Positions 13,932 through 27,729 are shown, numbered from the stretch's first letter. The stretch is DNA of 64,000 nucleotides from Curvularia clavata (GCA_023920165.1 CP089281.1:1116001-1180000); one strand, 5' to 3'. Notes: a model not told the origin generated them from the letters alone. Numbers and translations are program-made.

Positions 13932-15587
13932 CTACTTGAACAACTCTATCGCGTCGAGAATCACATTCGGCGCCAAGAAGCCTTCTCCAGTCTGTCCGCT
14001 CGTACAACTGATCTTGATCGTGTTGTCTCCATCTGTCAATGTACCGGCAGGAATGGCGTAGTTGTAGACTTCACCATAACCGCGATATGCGCCCCTGGTG
14101 AAACCTCGCGAGTCAATCTTTGTCGGTGCAGCAGGGACTGGCGCGCTAAAGCTGTTGATTTCCACAGCCGGACGACAGCTGGCAAAGGCAAGGGTCGTGC
14201 CAACACGCAGTGTAGTTGCGCCGCTGTTGCCTTTGAACTTTATCGTGAATGGATTCATGCCCTTGACGATAGCCATGGGAACACTGTCCAGGGTGCTGGA
14301 ACCAACAGTGTACGTCAATGGACTCCAAGGAGCCATACGCGAGTCTGACGGATGCATACGAAGCTGCTTGTCTGCATTGCGGAAACCCTTTGGCTGGCCG
14401 TCCCACTCACCAATCCGCCACATGGAAGTCTTGGTCTCAGTGTCTGCGGCAATATTGGCTGCAGTCGCTTTGCCAGCCGAGACTGTCACGGTAGTAGCTT
14501 TGACCTTGAACTCGCCCTGGTACAGAACTTGTGTGTAGGTGCCTGGCTTCATGGCTGGCGAGTTGAACTTTCCTGAGCCATCGGCATACGCCCAGTATTG
14601 TGCGGCATCGTTGTACCAGTGTAGTACCGTCTGGAACTTGGACGCCACACCTGTCGCCGTACCTGTTACAGTGCCACGACCAGACGGGGCAACGTAATTT
14701 GGTATCGCAAGATCTTTGAAGAATGTCGTATCCATGCTGTCGCCGCCTTTGGGTATACCGGCGCGAGAGAATGAAAGAGCATACGGACCTTTCATGCCCA
14801 TACGGTATTTTTCCAATTGAACGTGATTACTGTTCATGTAGAAGGTTAGCGAGGTCGATGGTCCACCATTGTTGGTGTTAATGTCGCGATGGAACGGCCC
14901 GCCAGCAGACGTCTCGTATGAGTACGAATTCATCAGCAGACAGGCATGGACTGAATTGTTGTCACGATACACACAGTGCTAGTTCTCGTCAGCTGAGTGT
15001 ATCAAAGGGTTTGCATATCCATTTTACTGCTCACTTACCACAGCATCATCGATGAAGCGATCACTAGAATAGAATTTACTGCGTGTTTGGCCATCGACCA
15101 CAAAGACGTCGGATCCCTCAACGGTCGAGCTTGAATTTGCAGTTGTCGAAACGATGCCAAACGGATAACTCAGGGGCAACTTGATGCTGTCGAGCCGGGC
15201 AATAAAGCGCAATTCGCCAATGGACGGCTCAGCTGTAATATCCGTCGCCATGTAAATGGTTGAATCTCCCGATTTGACCACCATGTACTGGATCAACGTG
15301 CTTGTCGTGCATGTAATCTTAATATACTGGCTGCCAATCATCTCGTGCTTGACATCCGCTGACCCGAGTCCCATTTCGATTTGCGTTCCCTTGTCCGGCG
15401 ACTGTAGTTCTTCGCCGCCATACTTGATCGAGTTGATGTCACAGTTCTTGGTGTTGACGCTAAAGACGAGGGAGTTGGCGGAACCCGCATCCACCACTAT
15501 GTTGCTGCCGCTTTGGGTTACACCAAAGGCTGCCAGGCCGGTTGATGAAAGCGTCGCCGCGGCTAATATCGCGCTCTTCAATAGCAT
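13932..15587 (-). CDS. rglA: Secreted rhamnogalacturonan lyase (PL4, RGL-A type); exons 15587-15039, 14978-13932
   Basis: Signal peptide [24 protein letters not shown]; motifs [62 protein letters not shown]; 60-nt GTAAGT..GCTGAC..TAG intron. Confidence 0.92.
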
Positions 15588-17004
15588 GGTGGACAAATTG
15601 GGCACGCCCAAGAGAAGAAGATACAAGAAAAAAAAAAAGAGCGTGGGAAACGAATGTGTCACAAATATGTATAAAGAAGGTAGATGCAGCTCTCGGGACG
15701 GCTTTGAACGAAAGAATGAGGGAACGACAGGTCGACAGCGCGGGCATGCGCGTTGCCATATACTTGTACTAATATTTCTCAAGCCACGTGAAACAAACGG
15801 CCAGGGTAACTGGCCGCGAAATGTCCCTGACATATAGTATCGCGAGTCTAGCCCCAACTAGGGCTCTTACACGGGGTGATGGGACATTCCGAAATGACAG
15901 ACTCGCAGGTTAGTCGTGTCGAAACAACGCTTTGCGCCGTACTCGCAGTGTGTTTGTATGCATATGGCCTGATGCGTTTGCAAAAGACATTCGTGTTTGA
16001 AATGTCAACTCAGCATGACGAAAAAAAAAAGAACACAGAAGTCCTGCTCCTACACCACACATATGCATACAAAGTACGCGTACGGATCATTCCCTACCTA
16101 CAATCTACACGCAACCCACGTTTCCCTTATATAGTGAAAAACGGCCGTTTCTCCATTCCTAGCGCTGACACCGCGCTGACCGCGCCCCTCCCCAGCCTAC
16201 TTACCCTCTCGAACCGCGAACTCCCAAGCAACGTCAAAATCCATCTGCGACCAGGGTACCGGGAACAGGCAATAAGCAAAGCGAAGCTTTTTCTCCCACC
16301 GCCTTAGATCTGCGCCGAGAAATGCAAACACAACGGCAGTCCCCGGTGGTGCGGGAACGCGTAATTCACCCCCCTTGCCCCGGTCAACGCTAGAACGAGG
16401 GTGTGGTGTTCGTATGGCATGGGATACAATGCTTTGTTAGTGGCGGAAGAAATTATTTCCAGTACTACGTATGTAAATACATGGTAGATGAGGAAGACGG
16501 GTGGAGGAGATGATGGAAGGGGGGGAGCAGGGTAATATAAAAAGGTACCGGATACCGTTTTAGTACATGTCATGCTTGATTCGCACCGACGCAGCGCGTT
16601 CGTACGTGCGCGCGCGTGTGCGAACGATAGTTTGTTTTATTTCACCGGATTTTTATTTTTTGATTTTAGCATGATAGGTGTGGTGCTAGTAGGGGTCGAG
16701 GCTCCGCGGAAAGATGTGGGGGGTTCTGGGGGTGAGGACTAGTTAGGCGCGTTTCATGTGGAGATTGCTTGGGCGGGATGGAAAGGAACTTTCGGAGGTT
16801 TGAAAGCAGGGAGACACAGAGAGAGTGTGCGAGGAAAAGTAAAGAGATGTAAGAAAAAAAAAGTAACAGATTCAGTCTAGGCATTCAGTTTGTGAAACGA
16901 CTCGAGTACGTTGTCCAGAGCATCGGTAAACGCCCAGCAAGGGTAATGAGAAAAAGAAAACACAGATTCAAATCATCATGCTCTCATTAACAACAACACC
17001 CAGT

Positions 17005-18060
17005 TCAATCCTCCCCTTTAGGACACTCATTCCTATACATCCCATCAACCTCCACGCGTCTACACCACAACACCCAAGCCCTCTCCACCATCCCCGTCGC
17101 GCCATCCCAACTATCATGGCACTCTCGATCACTCAAGAACTTGACACTGTTCCCACCCTGGGGCTTTGCAACCCCTGACTTGATTTTGCCTCCGCCCTCC
17201 ACATCCACCTTGCCCTCTAGCGCATACCCGGTGTGCGCATTCAACAGCATCGTCGCCTGGGACTGCACTTTCGCTGCTTCCTGGGTGAGAATGGCTTGGT
17301 AAACTGCTTCCTCGATGCCGTGTGCGACGGTGACAAAGCCGTGGTTTTGCATGAGGACAACAGCGTGATCAGGTTCCAAGGGGGGTTCTTGGGTTGCACC
17401 GCCGAGTTGTGTGGGAAGTGCGGAGCGCACTTTGGAGTAGATGAAACCTGTGGATGTTGCGGGTTTGAAGGTAGCTGCCAGGGAAGCGGCCAGCGTGGTG
17501 TTGTTGATGAGGAGTGAGTGTTTGGAGCCAGAAGGATAGTGGCTTGAGGCATCCCAGACAGGGACTTTGGAACCTGGCGAGTGTTATCAAATCAACGTTT
17601 GTTCACTCTTCTCACAAGCACAAAGGAAAAGGGAAAAGGGGAAAGACAAGTTCGTACCCAAAAATCCAGCCTCAGAAACACAGCACCTCAATCCCACTCC
17701 ACTGACACAAAATGGCATCACCTCGGCCGCCCGACTCACCACCACACTATTCACGCCAGGAAACTTTTTGTAAATCTCACTGTGAATGTACCGCTCTGCG
17801 TCCCCTTTTTTCACTCCTTTCTCGACTGGCTCCGCGCTGTCGACATGGTACTCGATCAGGTCGTCAGGCGTGCTGATCAGTGCAGCGGGCATGTTACATG
17901 GCATCCAGAAAGTCTGAGGGTTATCAGGAGAGCGCACGGAGATATGGCCGGAGGAGGTAAGGACGGAGTGCTGGGAGAGGATGTGCGAGGCCGTTACGAG
18001 ACCATGGAAGAGGTCTTCGAGCCCGAGTTTGGTGCGCTTGGGGAAGTAGCCTGTTGACAT
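17005..18060 (-). CDS. Class II aldolase/adducin-fold protein with degenerate metal site; exons 18060-17658, 17573-17005
   Basis: Motifs GHISVRSPDNP, ERYIHSEIYKKFPGVNSVV, VPVWD, VVLMQNHGFVT and IEEAVYQAI; intron 17657-17574 (GTACGA..CAG) joins the two ORFs in frame. Confidence 0.85.
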
Positions 18061-19544
18061 TTTCGTCCGTCTATTGTGATGTTACTGTTGTTTGCTGTGT
18101 AGGGGGGAGAAGGATAGGGGGGAGTGGAGGCTACATGGCGAAAGATTGGACGAAAAGGGCAAAACCAAGGCATGTAGTTGGTTTTGGGTGCTAATTGGAC
18201 TTGCTTGTGACAGATGCTCGATGACGTCGTGGTTCCCCGCGGGCTTGGGACGGAGGGGCGGGCGCGGGGAAACGACTGGACGGGAGGGTATCGGGAAGCC
18301 GTGCTGGACCCTGAGTGCACTAGGTACGGTACTTCAACTACACACTTCAACTACCGAGCGCAAGTCAGAGCGAACGACGTAGCGGCATTGTCCACGTAGC
18401 ATGGCTTGTGAACTTTTTGACCACTGCGTCTCTGAAGCATATGTAGTGTCTCTTTTTTTTTTCTCTCTTGATGTTTGCAAGAATGCCACATCTGTCTCAT
18501 TCACTCGATACGTCTGCAGCAAAAACATACACATCATTGCAAATTCACGGAGCTACAGGCAGAGTCGCTTACCTCTGTCTGAGAAATGTAATTTTCATAC
18601 TATACTTACCCACGTCATGTGGCTTTGCTTTTACTCAAAGTACAGTTATTCTACTGAACCTTTGCTACTCGCTATGGGGGAAATCAACCCACCAGCCACA
18701 TCCAGAGCACCAAGGTGGATACACAACAGTTGAAAACTGTTCTCAGACCTATTGGGGATGTAACCTAAGCGCACATTTGTTAGAACGTCGTAACAATGAT
18801 GCTGTAGTTGAACAGGAGGAAGCGGAGACTTCAGATTCGTTGTTGGCGTACAAACCCATAAAGGTCGTGTTTTTTTCCGTGACATGAGAGCAGAGAAGTT
18901 TCCTGCTAGTACCTTGAGGAGTAGCAATACTACTATACATCAACATCACGATAATCCATCACCCATACATGTTGTTACTAGCAACGCCTAAGCGTCCTTC
19001 CCTCTTCTCACCAACGTTCCCCCCTGTCTTACCAGCAATGTCTTTCCAACCGTCGAGTAGAGCTCATTGAGGATCCAGTCTCGGACGGGAGCTGCAGGAA
19101 GCTATCAAACAAACGAATGGCCTGAAGCGGGTACTTGAGAGCTTGCGTTGAATGGGTGATTGTGTAGTGTGGTTTCCTTCGTCAGCAGCAGACCATGATG
19201 CCTGGCGGCCCTGCAGTGCGCAGTACGGTTGTAGCTCAGCCACTGCTTGTACATTTGTTGACTGCAGGCCGTGACTGCTAGCAACGATTTTTGGGAAGGT
19301 CCATCCGCCGTGGGGTCCAGCGGCAGCCAAGGCCTTGGGTAGGCAGTTTGTTTTTTCCCGTTAGGCGCCTGGTAGCTGATGTGTGGTTTGATCTCGGCGC
19401 TGACGGTACCCTCGACTCCAATCTCTAGCCTTTAGCACTCGCACCATGTTTCCAGCATGCGCTGTCTTCTACCCTCTTGACAGCTCCAGGTGCCCGGCAA
19501 GATTGCTCTTTGATACTCCAATCTTTGTTTCGTCGTCATCATCA

Positions 19545-20138
19545 TCAGCCCATGTCTACATCGCCATCAGGCTCGCCGTCACCCGTGGCATCGATCAGAT
19601 CGCTGTCGCCGCTCTCTCCACTCGTCTCCTCGCTGTCGCTGTCCTCGTCGACAATCTTGCCTTCAACTTCGCATTTTCTGGCAAAGCAGCAGCCCTCTTT
19701 TTCGTCCTTGGCTCCAATACCGATGCCGACGTACAAGCCTTGTTTGACTTCTTCAATGATCTTGTCAATGTCGACGGTGCAGCCACTGTCGTTGTCGTAG
19801 ATGATCTTCTTTGCGCGGCTGTTGGCTGCCGTCTTGGTCGAGTGGACAGAGATGATGTTAGTGTTGCCAATGTTGGACTCGAGGCTCTGGGCCGTTGGGT
19901 AGCAAGTGTCTGTGACAATGTAGACAATGTGCGGGCCGGATGGGGTGCTCGTCATACTAGCGGGAACTCTACTCGAGGGCGGCGGGGGAGTCTCAATGCT
20001 TTGCTGGATGTACGAGTCGCCGGCGCTGTGGTTGTGCTGAGTGGGAGTTGGGCCGTCCTTGTTTTCGAAGCAGTGAGGACAATAGTGACTGCTGGCGTCG
20101 GAGGCCGAGCTAGAAGCCTGGCGTGTGGTGGGCGCCAT
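19545..20138 (-). CDS. Hypothetical protein, about 197 aa, with acidic C-terminus
   Basis: Likely start GCCATGGCG at 20138 (MAPTTRQ) inside the 282-aa ORF; strongly biased codons; globular-looking core (HIVYIVTD...SVHSTKTAANSRAKKIIY...FARKCEVEGK). Confidence 0.7.
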   Translation of the reverse strand: MAPTTRQASSSASDASSHYCPHCFENKDGPTPTQHNHSAGDSYIQQSIETPPPPSSRVPASMTSTPSGPHIVYIVTDTCYPTAQSLESNIGNTNIISVHSTKTAANSRAKKIIYDNDSGCTVDIDKIIEEVKQGLYVGIGIGAKDEKEGCCFARKCEVEGKIVDEDSDSEETSGESGDSDLIDATGDGEPDGDVDMG

Positions 20139-21803
20139 GGCGGCTGCTGACTGATGGTGGGATACCGGTAGAGTGGGGGTGGTTGATACAGGAACAAGAA
20201 GGAGCGTGAGGAGCGCAACGTGGTTGCAGCAGGGCAACCAGCGTGCCCAGGGCCAAAAGAGGGCTGTCGAGCAAGATGCAACCGTGGCAGCGAAAGAAGG
20301 CCTGGTGCTTGGGGCCAGCCGCTGCAGGGCGGCGATAGCGAGGGGGGTTGGTGCGGCAGTTGGGGTAAAGTCAAAATTCACGATGTTGCGCACATGGGAT
20401 TCTGCACAAACCGGGGAGGGGTTTTGAAAATCTTCGATGCGCGGCTAGACCGCATTGTTTAATTTATAGGCTGGCGCAACGTCCTGCCTATGGCTTCGAG
20501 CCTAGGTCTCCGCGGAGGGTCTGGTGTGAAGAAAGCAATGGCAGGACTTGGTGAGGGAGAGAAGCAGGAAGAAGACAAGAAGTGTGTACGGGTGGTGCAC
20601 AGTATTTCTAAGCTCACCCGGTTTCCCCATTTGCGGTGGTGGTGCGACTCTCCGCGTGGCCATTCTCGCGAGGATCCTCTGCACTCGCGACAACTTCCTC
20701 ATGTTTTCGCCACCGGATGCCCAAGTCAGTTGTGCGCGTATGGAGCGAGTGGAGGCGGAAACTTCCAGGGGCTGCTTTTTTTTTTCTATAGTCATTGAAA
20801 ATCTCCTCTTTCGCGCCGATTGCACGGCCACCTGGCACGGGCGGGAGCGTGTGCGATGGTCTTGAGCAGAAGAGTTGCGTGTTCTAGGCGGTGCGACTTG
20901 CCCAACCCAGCAGAGAGCAGGCCAACCAGGCCGACTGTACCGTCGCCACCGAGCGAGTCGAAAGAGAAGCGCGGAATGCATGCGAGGGAATGGACGTGGC
21001 ATGGCTTGGAGCGGGACGCAAGAAGAAAAGACTCTTAAGCACCTTGTTTCCTTGTTTTGCACCGAGTGCGAGCAGCGATCGGCTAGGATCTTAGATTAAA
21101 GATCGCAGCCTGCCAATCCGATCCCCCACGGCCGTTGACCTTTTGCCCTGAACTGTCGGCCCAGCCCAGCGTCCGGTGACGGCATCGAGCGAGCCTCATC
21201 CCCATGGCCGTCTGATTGGTGCTTACACTCCCCATGTGCCAGACGCGCAATCGGTCCCTGCATCGTTGCCCAACGCCACACAGCATTGCGGCCCGGCGGT
21301 GGTGGATACGTCTGTGGCGCTCTCTCCAAGAGTAAGGATGGACAAAAAAACTCTCCGGAAACCATGTCGCCGTGCATGCGACTGACTGTTGCATGTGACT
21401 GTGACTTGGGTCTTCCGCTGTGCCGTTAGGTTAGCCTTGCTTGCTTTGCCTTGGTATTGTCTAAGCCACAAAGCCACAGGCGCCGTCTGCATGTCAGCCA
21501 TCGTGTCATGTCACGTGCAACCCCTCCCACATCTTGCCACAGCTTGTCTCGACTTACCTCGACTACACGTAGTTCCGGACACTCCGACAACATGACAACA
21601 CGGCTGCTTCCAATTGGCTCGGCTTTTCAAAACACATTATATAGTCATACAGACGCAGCAATCCCACAACTGCCGTTATATGTCTCCACCCAACCTTGCA
21701 TACTGCTAATACATGTCTCTCCCAATGATAAAGAAAGAAAAAAAAGAGAGAGAGAGATAGCATGGCTGCCACAGAGCTGCCATAGAAACACGAATCAAAC
21801 ATT

Positions 21804-24800
21804 TTAGGCCGCCTCCTGAGTCGCCGTCTTGGCTTCACTGGCTGGCTGTGCCTCCTCTTGACGCTTCTCAGCGCTCTTCTCCTTTTGCTGGTCCTCGACA
21901 GCCTCGACCGTGGGCGGGGAATCGCTAGCTTCAGCCGCATCCCCCTTTTCCTTGGTCTCGGGGTTTCGGCCTTCGACATCTGGGTGAGGAGGTGCAACAC
22001 CGTGCTCCTCGGCGTCGTCGTGCGACTCGACCAATGCATCGTAAACCTCGTTGCCCTCGTCATCTACCAGGCGCGTTCGCGTCTCGTACCGTGTCTTGAA
22101 GCTGACTTTTCCCTTGAGTGCCTCAACCTCGGCGTCATCAAGCACCCGGCCCTTCTCGTCGCGGTACTCGATACGCTCTTCCTTGCGAACAACTGGCAGA
22201 TCCTTGGGCGGGTCCTGGGGTGGCGCAGAAACAATCTCCTCGGGCACGTTATCCTGCTTGACCGCCTCAGGCTGTTCCTGTGGCTGCTCCTTTGGCTGTT
22301 CCTTGGGTTGTTCAACCGGAACATTGGGCACAACAGCTGCAGGTGGCGCTGATGATGGTACAGCGGCTGACGCTAAAGGTTCGCTCTGGCTATTGTATGC
22401 TTCATACTACAACGTGTTAGACAAAGCCCACTACGCCATATCAAAACCACTTACCGAGTTGAGAAAGTTGTTGCACTCCCAGTCCCATGTATTGAAGAGC
22501 TTGACGCTGTTGCAGGCATCCTTGGTCCATGCGTTGCCATATGCAAGCGGAGCGAAAAGCGTAAAGACCATAATGGTAACAGCCAAGAAACCGACGGCAA
22601 TGGCCTGTCCGATGGCTGGGTATTGTCGGAGTCCAAATACACTGAACCGGTAGCTCACAAAGTCAAACATCTGGCAAAGCGCAAGAATGGCAAAGTACAG
22701 AGCGGGAAGGTAGTGGTGTAGGAACAGCTGGCGGGCCATCAGGTAGAAGGGGAAGTAGTGGAACGCCCATCCCAGAATGCTCATACCAACTTCGTAGTCG
22801 AAACGCTTGAACACGACGTTGTTGTAGTCGCGGTAGCCGCGCTGCCATCGGAGGATAGCAATACCCTTGACCGCTACGTAGAGAGCAATGAGCGCTGTAG
22901 AACTCCACCAGATGACAGGGTTTCCCAGAAGGTAGATTTGACGATGATGTTTGCCCCAGAAGTTGATACCCCGGCGGAGAATAGGCCACGATGGAGGACG
23001 AGAGTCCCAGGCGTGTGATTCAGTCAGACCGGCGTTGGTCTTCCACATGACTTTTTGCAGCTCCCAGAACTTGCCGAAGAAGCCAGGGTTGCGGTAGTTG
23101 ACCTTTTCTACCTCACCGTCCACCATGAGTGGGTGGACGTTGCCCTCAATGTACCAGATGCTATTGGGCAGGGTACCTTGCTTAGCACATGTAACTTCCT
23201 GCTGCTCAAAGCCCCAATCAGGGAGCTTGACCTTGTGAGAGAAGAGCGCACAACCAGTCATGACGTGGATCAGTCGGAACTTGGACTGAATGGTACGAAG
23301 GCGCTTCTTAGCCTCAGCTCCATCCGACTTGCTCGGGACAATCTCAACACGGAAAAGGTCATTCGCGTCGCCGTCAAAGCCTTGGTAACCATACGCTGAT
23401 ACCTCATTCTGCCAGTCGGCTTCGGTGACCGGCGGCCGAACATCGTGAGAGTGGAGGCGGCGGTCGGTAGTGATGTGGTAGAGGCGGATGACAGCACCGT
23501 TCTCAATGTGAAAGGGACCAATGCCATCCCAGGCCTTGGGGCTAGTCAAGTTGGGACCAGTGTAATCTTCCGGCATGATTGGCAGCGTTTGGTTCTCCAT
23601 GATCCAAATGTTATTCTCATCCTTATGGGGGTAGAGGGTAATCTGCTGTTGCTTGCTTCCGGTTGGGTACATGTGGCTGTGGGAATGAAGGTATCCGCCT
23701 TGGGTGTTCCAGTGACGAATGGAAACGCGGCTCCCATACGCGACATCTGCTGGTACATCTTGCATACCCTTGGAGTTCAACGTTGCCTGAAATTCAGACG
23801 ACATGAAACCATCGCCCTCACCAGGATTGACAAGGCAGAGGAAGTGAATTCCGAACATGGCCATGTAGAAAGAAACAGGGATGACGACCAAGCAGAACAG
23901 ACGGGCGAAGAAGTGCTTGAACCACAGCCTTGGCGTCACGTTCTTGGTATCTCCAAGCAGAACCCAAAGTTGAACAAGAGTCAGACTGCCAACCCAAGCG
24001 ATGGTGAACAGACCGACCCATTTGACACTGACGGTTGCACCAAGTCCAACACCAGTAGTAGCCAGCCAGAACCACCAGGACGGCTTGAAGGCCTTAGAGG
24101 GACCCTGTTCGTGTTGGTTCATGAAGCAAGTCCATGCGAGCGCGGTGAGGGCAGTGAAGATAATGAGGGGTGAGTCGAGCAGGATAAGGCGGGATTGAGT
24201 GACGAGAGCGTTGTCTTATCAAAGTCAGTATAAAGTGCAGCATCTCCTAGAACTGAGTTCTTACCAAAAATGACAAGACCCGCGCCCAACGCTGCCGTGG
24301 TAGTGCGACATCCAGCAGCCTTCAGGGTCAAGAACATGGTCGGAATGGTCAGGACACCGCAGATTGCGGGCAACAAGCGCATAGTGACATAGGGGACCTT
24401 GGGCTCCAGATAATCCTTGCCAATGTCCTTGAAGTCAAAGTTTCCGTCAAATCCACCTAACCATCCTGCCAGTGTGATAAGGAGCTTCGCGAGCGGCGGG
24501 TGAACGTCCATGAAAAACCTGCCCTTGATGTATTTCGAGGCAAATCCACCGAAGCTGCAATTGCTGGTCAGTGCCTGCCCGTGAGACCATACATGTAGAC
24601 GGAAATTACTTACTGGACTTCATCGAAGACAACACTGGTCGGCTGCTGAATCCTGAAGAGTCGTACAGCAGTTGCAAGAGCAGTCAACGCTGCCAGCAGG
24701 GACCAGTCGGAGCTTGGGAGGTTGAAGATGTCATGGTCTTGCACACCGTCCGAGGCGTAACTCTGAACTTTTTGTTGTGATTGCTGCTGTTTCCGACCGT

Positions 24801-24891
24801 TCCGCGAGCGTGATCGAGACTTTGATCTACTGGAGCGACGCGAGGAAGGCTTCTCGCCTAGGTAGGCATTGGATGCCGAGAGGCTCGCCAT
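21804..24891 (-). CDS. pmt1: Dolichyl-phosphate-mannose:protein O-mannosyltransferase (GT39), PMT1 subfamily; exons 24891-24614, 24554-24265, 24214-22455, 22406-21804
   Basis: SVVFDEVHFGGFASKY, FMDVHPPLAKL, MIR domains (GGYLHSH, RRLHSHD), RQLFLHHYLPALYF; long hydrophilic C-terminal tail typical of filamentous-fungal PMT1-type enzymes. Three introns; the second ends in AAG. Confidence 0.92.
22268..22315 (-). repeat. Imperfect 12-nt coding tandem repeat (EQPK EQPK EQPQ EQPE) in the Pmt1 tail
   Basis: Seen directly in the sequence and translation. Confidence 0.75.
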
Positions 24892-25690
24892 GGCGGCGGA
24901 CAAGAGAGACGTTGCGTGGTCCGATCAGCTAACGTGAGACGTGGAGCTGACGGTTTGGAGGAACCTGGGAGACCTTCAACTGTAGCGCAGGCTATGGGCA
25001 CCCGGGCCTCTTGATGGGTAAAAAAAGAAGAATTAAAGAAAGTGCGAAGGAGATCCCATCAAGGTGAAGGGAAGATGGTGGGGGCCGCAATTGTAGTTGC
25101 GATGATTCGAGCCAGGGGGAAGAGGGTCCCGCGAGGAGTAGCGCTGCGTACCAATCGACCCTTGTTGCAAGCTGTTCGTTACTACACAGCCTTGCCAAAC
25201 TGGGAAGCGGAGTGCTGAATATAGATCACGGTCCCTATCTGGCTTGCGTACACCATGCCAGACGCATCTGTCAGAACAGGCTGTTTTGGAACCAGATCTT
25301 CAGCTTCGCATTTGACAGACACTTTGACAGCCGCCTACGAGCCGAGTCGCGTCCAGTGTTTGGCCGAATGCTTGACCTTGCCACTTTCTGTGGCTAACCA
25401 AACGCGTCGTTACATAAGGCTCGGCCCGGAACAACTCGAAGATCCGGCTACGAGCCTCGTCGTGGAACTTTGCGACGCTGCCGCCTCAACTGCACCGCTG
25501 AATACTCAACCACCCCACAGTATCCACACGCGTCACACGCAAGCCAGTGGTGCGCAAGTGACTCGCGACCTGCCTTTTGTTGTTGGCGCCCGCCTATCAC
25601 GCGTCCTGTGATTGCCCTCATACCATCTTCGCGGACTTATCAAGGGACAAACATTCCTCGCAGCCGAGTCACATACCATTACATACCGCC

Positions 25691-27306
25691 ATGGCCAATT
25701 CCAACGGTGATGCCGCTCCGGCCGGCATCGTCGAGCTCGACGTGAAGCCGCCGCCCGATATGGTCGTTCCCCCACCCGGTGTGCGCGAGGCCGTAGCGAA
25801 GACGGCCGACTTCATTTCTCGCCGAGGCGAAAGTCAGCTTCTGGCAATGAAGCAGCGTCTACTTGCCGACCCCTCAGCCAAAACCAATTTTGCCTTCGTG
25901 CTGGAAGACGATCCATACAATCCCTATTTCTTGTGGTACCTGCAACAGCTGAGGGAGGGCCATGGGCGCTCCTCCGACAAGAACTCCAAACAAGCTGTCG
26001 ACAACAAGCCCAAAGGACCCCCCGAGCCACCCAAGTTTCGATTCTCGGCTCGCATGCCTAACATCAATGCCAAGGATTTGGAAGTACTAAAGCTGACTGC
26101 TCTATACACGGCGCGTGTGGGTGAGAACTGGCTGAAGGATTTGCGCAACCGTGAGTCGGGCAACTTCCAGTTTGACTTTCTCCGAGTCAATCATAGCTAC
26201 TTCGGGTTCTTCCGATCGCTTGTCGAACAATACAAGATCCTTCTCGAGGAGGAGGCGACAGTTGAGGCCCGTATTCAAGAGCTTCAGCATAACATCAAGA
26301 ACCGATTCCATGTGTTGGACCACGCAAAGGGCCGTGCCGAGTATGTCAAGTATGTCAACGCGCAAAAAGAGAAGGAAGAGAAGAAGATAGAAGCCGAGAG
26401 GCAGGAGTATGCTACTGTTGACTGGCATGACTTCAGCGTCATTGCAACGGTCGTCTTTGATGAGACTGATGATGCCGCGGAGCTACCTCCGCCTGCTCAG
26501 CTGAACGATCTACAGTCACAGTCTCTCGAGCAAAAAGCGGCCGTTTCGCTATCTACACGTCGTTTGGAGGAAGCCATGCCTGACGATATCACCTACTACA
26601 ACGTCACTCAGCAGCAGGTCCCACCACCCCCAGTGCAACCAAACTATGCCACAGTCGCACCGCCAGTGCATTCGCCATATGGCGCGTCGCCCTACGCACC
26701 TCCTCCGATGCCCGACTATCGAACGCCTGCGCAGATATCACGCGAAGAGGAGCAGGCACGGTTGGCAAAGGAACGCCAAACAGAGAGCGAGCAGCGCGCA
26801 CGCGCACAGGCTGCTGCCAGAGGAGCGCCTGGTCGCATTGTCACAGACTACGTCCCCCGCGCTGCCGCAAAGAAGGCAAACGTACCGATGGCTATGTGCC
26901 CTAACTGCAAGCAGCAAATCCCCTCCAATGAGATGGATGAGCACATTCGAAGTGAGCATTTACCCGAATCTCCAACGACGATACATGCTAACATTTTGTT
27001 CTAGTTGAATTGCTTGATCCCCGCTGGAAGGAACAACGTGACAAAGCCGAAGCCCGATACTCCACCTCCATCAATACCGCCGACGTTGCAAACAACCTCA
27101 AGCGTTTTGCCAGTCAACGTGAGGACATATACGATGGCGTTGCTGGCCAGTCCATATCCGCAGAAGAAGAAGCTCGAAGGAAGAAAGCTGCGCTATCGTA
27201 TGACGGACAGCCGGATCCTGCAAAGGACGCTGCCCGTCTATCACAGATGCAGAGCATGAACGTTCAGGAGCAGCTTCGCAGGATCCAAGAGAAGCATCGC
27301 CAGTAG
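25691..27306 (+). CDS. prp21: U2 snRNP splicing factor SF3a120/Prp21; exons 25691-26951, 27005-27306
   Basis: Two SURP-like domains (VAKTADFI...DPYNPYF; VLKLTALY...NFQFDFLRVNHSYF), EYATVDWHDF, CPNCKQQIP, and HIRIELLDPRWKEQR after splicing intron 26952-27004. Confidence 0.93.
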
Positions 27307-27729
27307 AATGAGTGTAAGTGTAGGCCATCTTTTTATTTTCTTGATACCACTGTCATTTTGAAAATTCGTTCATCTGCATGGGTGGCGTTTGGGAAGTAAG
27401 GGGCAAGTATGCCCAACGAGCAACTTGATTCGAAGGGGATCAAAATCGACTTTTGTGTAAAATATATGACGGAGATTGCACGTGCACCTACCTAATGAAA
27501 ACATTTGGCCTCGGTCCAAGTACTCAAAAAGTTATGATCTGGATTGTGTGTATAGTTGTGTGTTTGAAGCTTGCATTGCGTACGAGCGTGGGGGTGATTG
27601 CGGCGGAGATGTAGCTCGGACTTTCGCAGCATTCCTCCGACCTGTGCTCAAAACCTATGACCTAACCAGCGACTTTTATCGTAGGCGCAACATACCATAT
27701 CTTCGTACTGCCTCGCACACACAAAAACC

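Noticed and set aside
15588..15857. N-terminal extension of the rglA ORF in the track
   Set aside because: It spans the TATA-like element and T-rich leader; the signal peptide starts at ATG 15587.
13932..18060. rglA next to a rhamnulose/fuculose-aldolase-fold gene as a rhamnose catabolic cluster
   Set aside because: Fungal L-rhamnose catabolism uses a non-phosphorylated oxidative route, the protein lacks the HxH metal ligands, and no other pathway genes are nearby.
19446..20150. 234-aa plus-strand ORF
   Set aside because: Antisense shadow of the biased-codon gene on the minus strand.
23445..24173. 242-aa plus-strand ORF
   Set aside because: Antisense shadow of pmt1.
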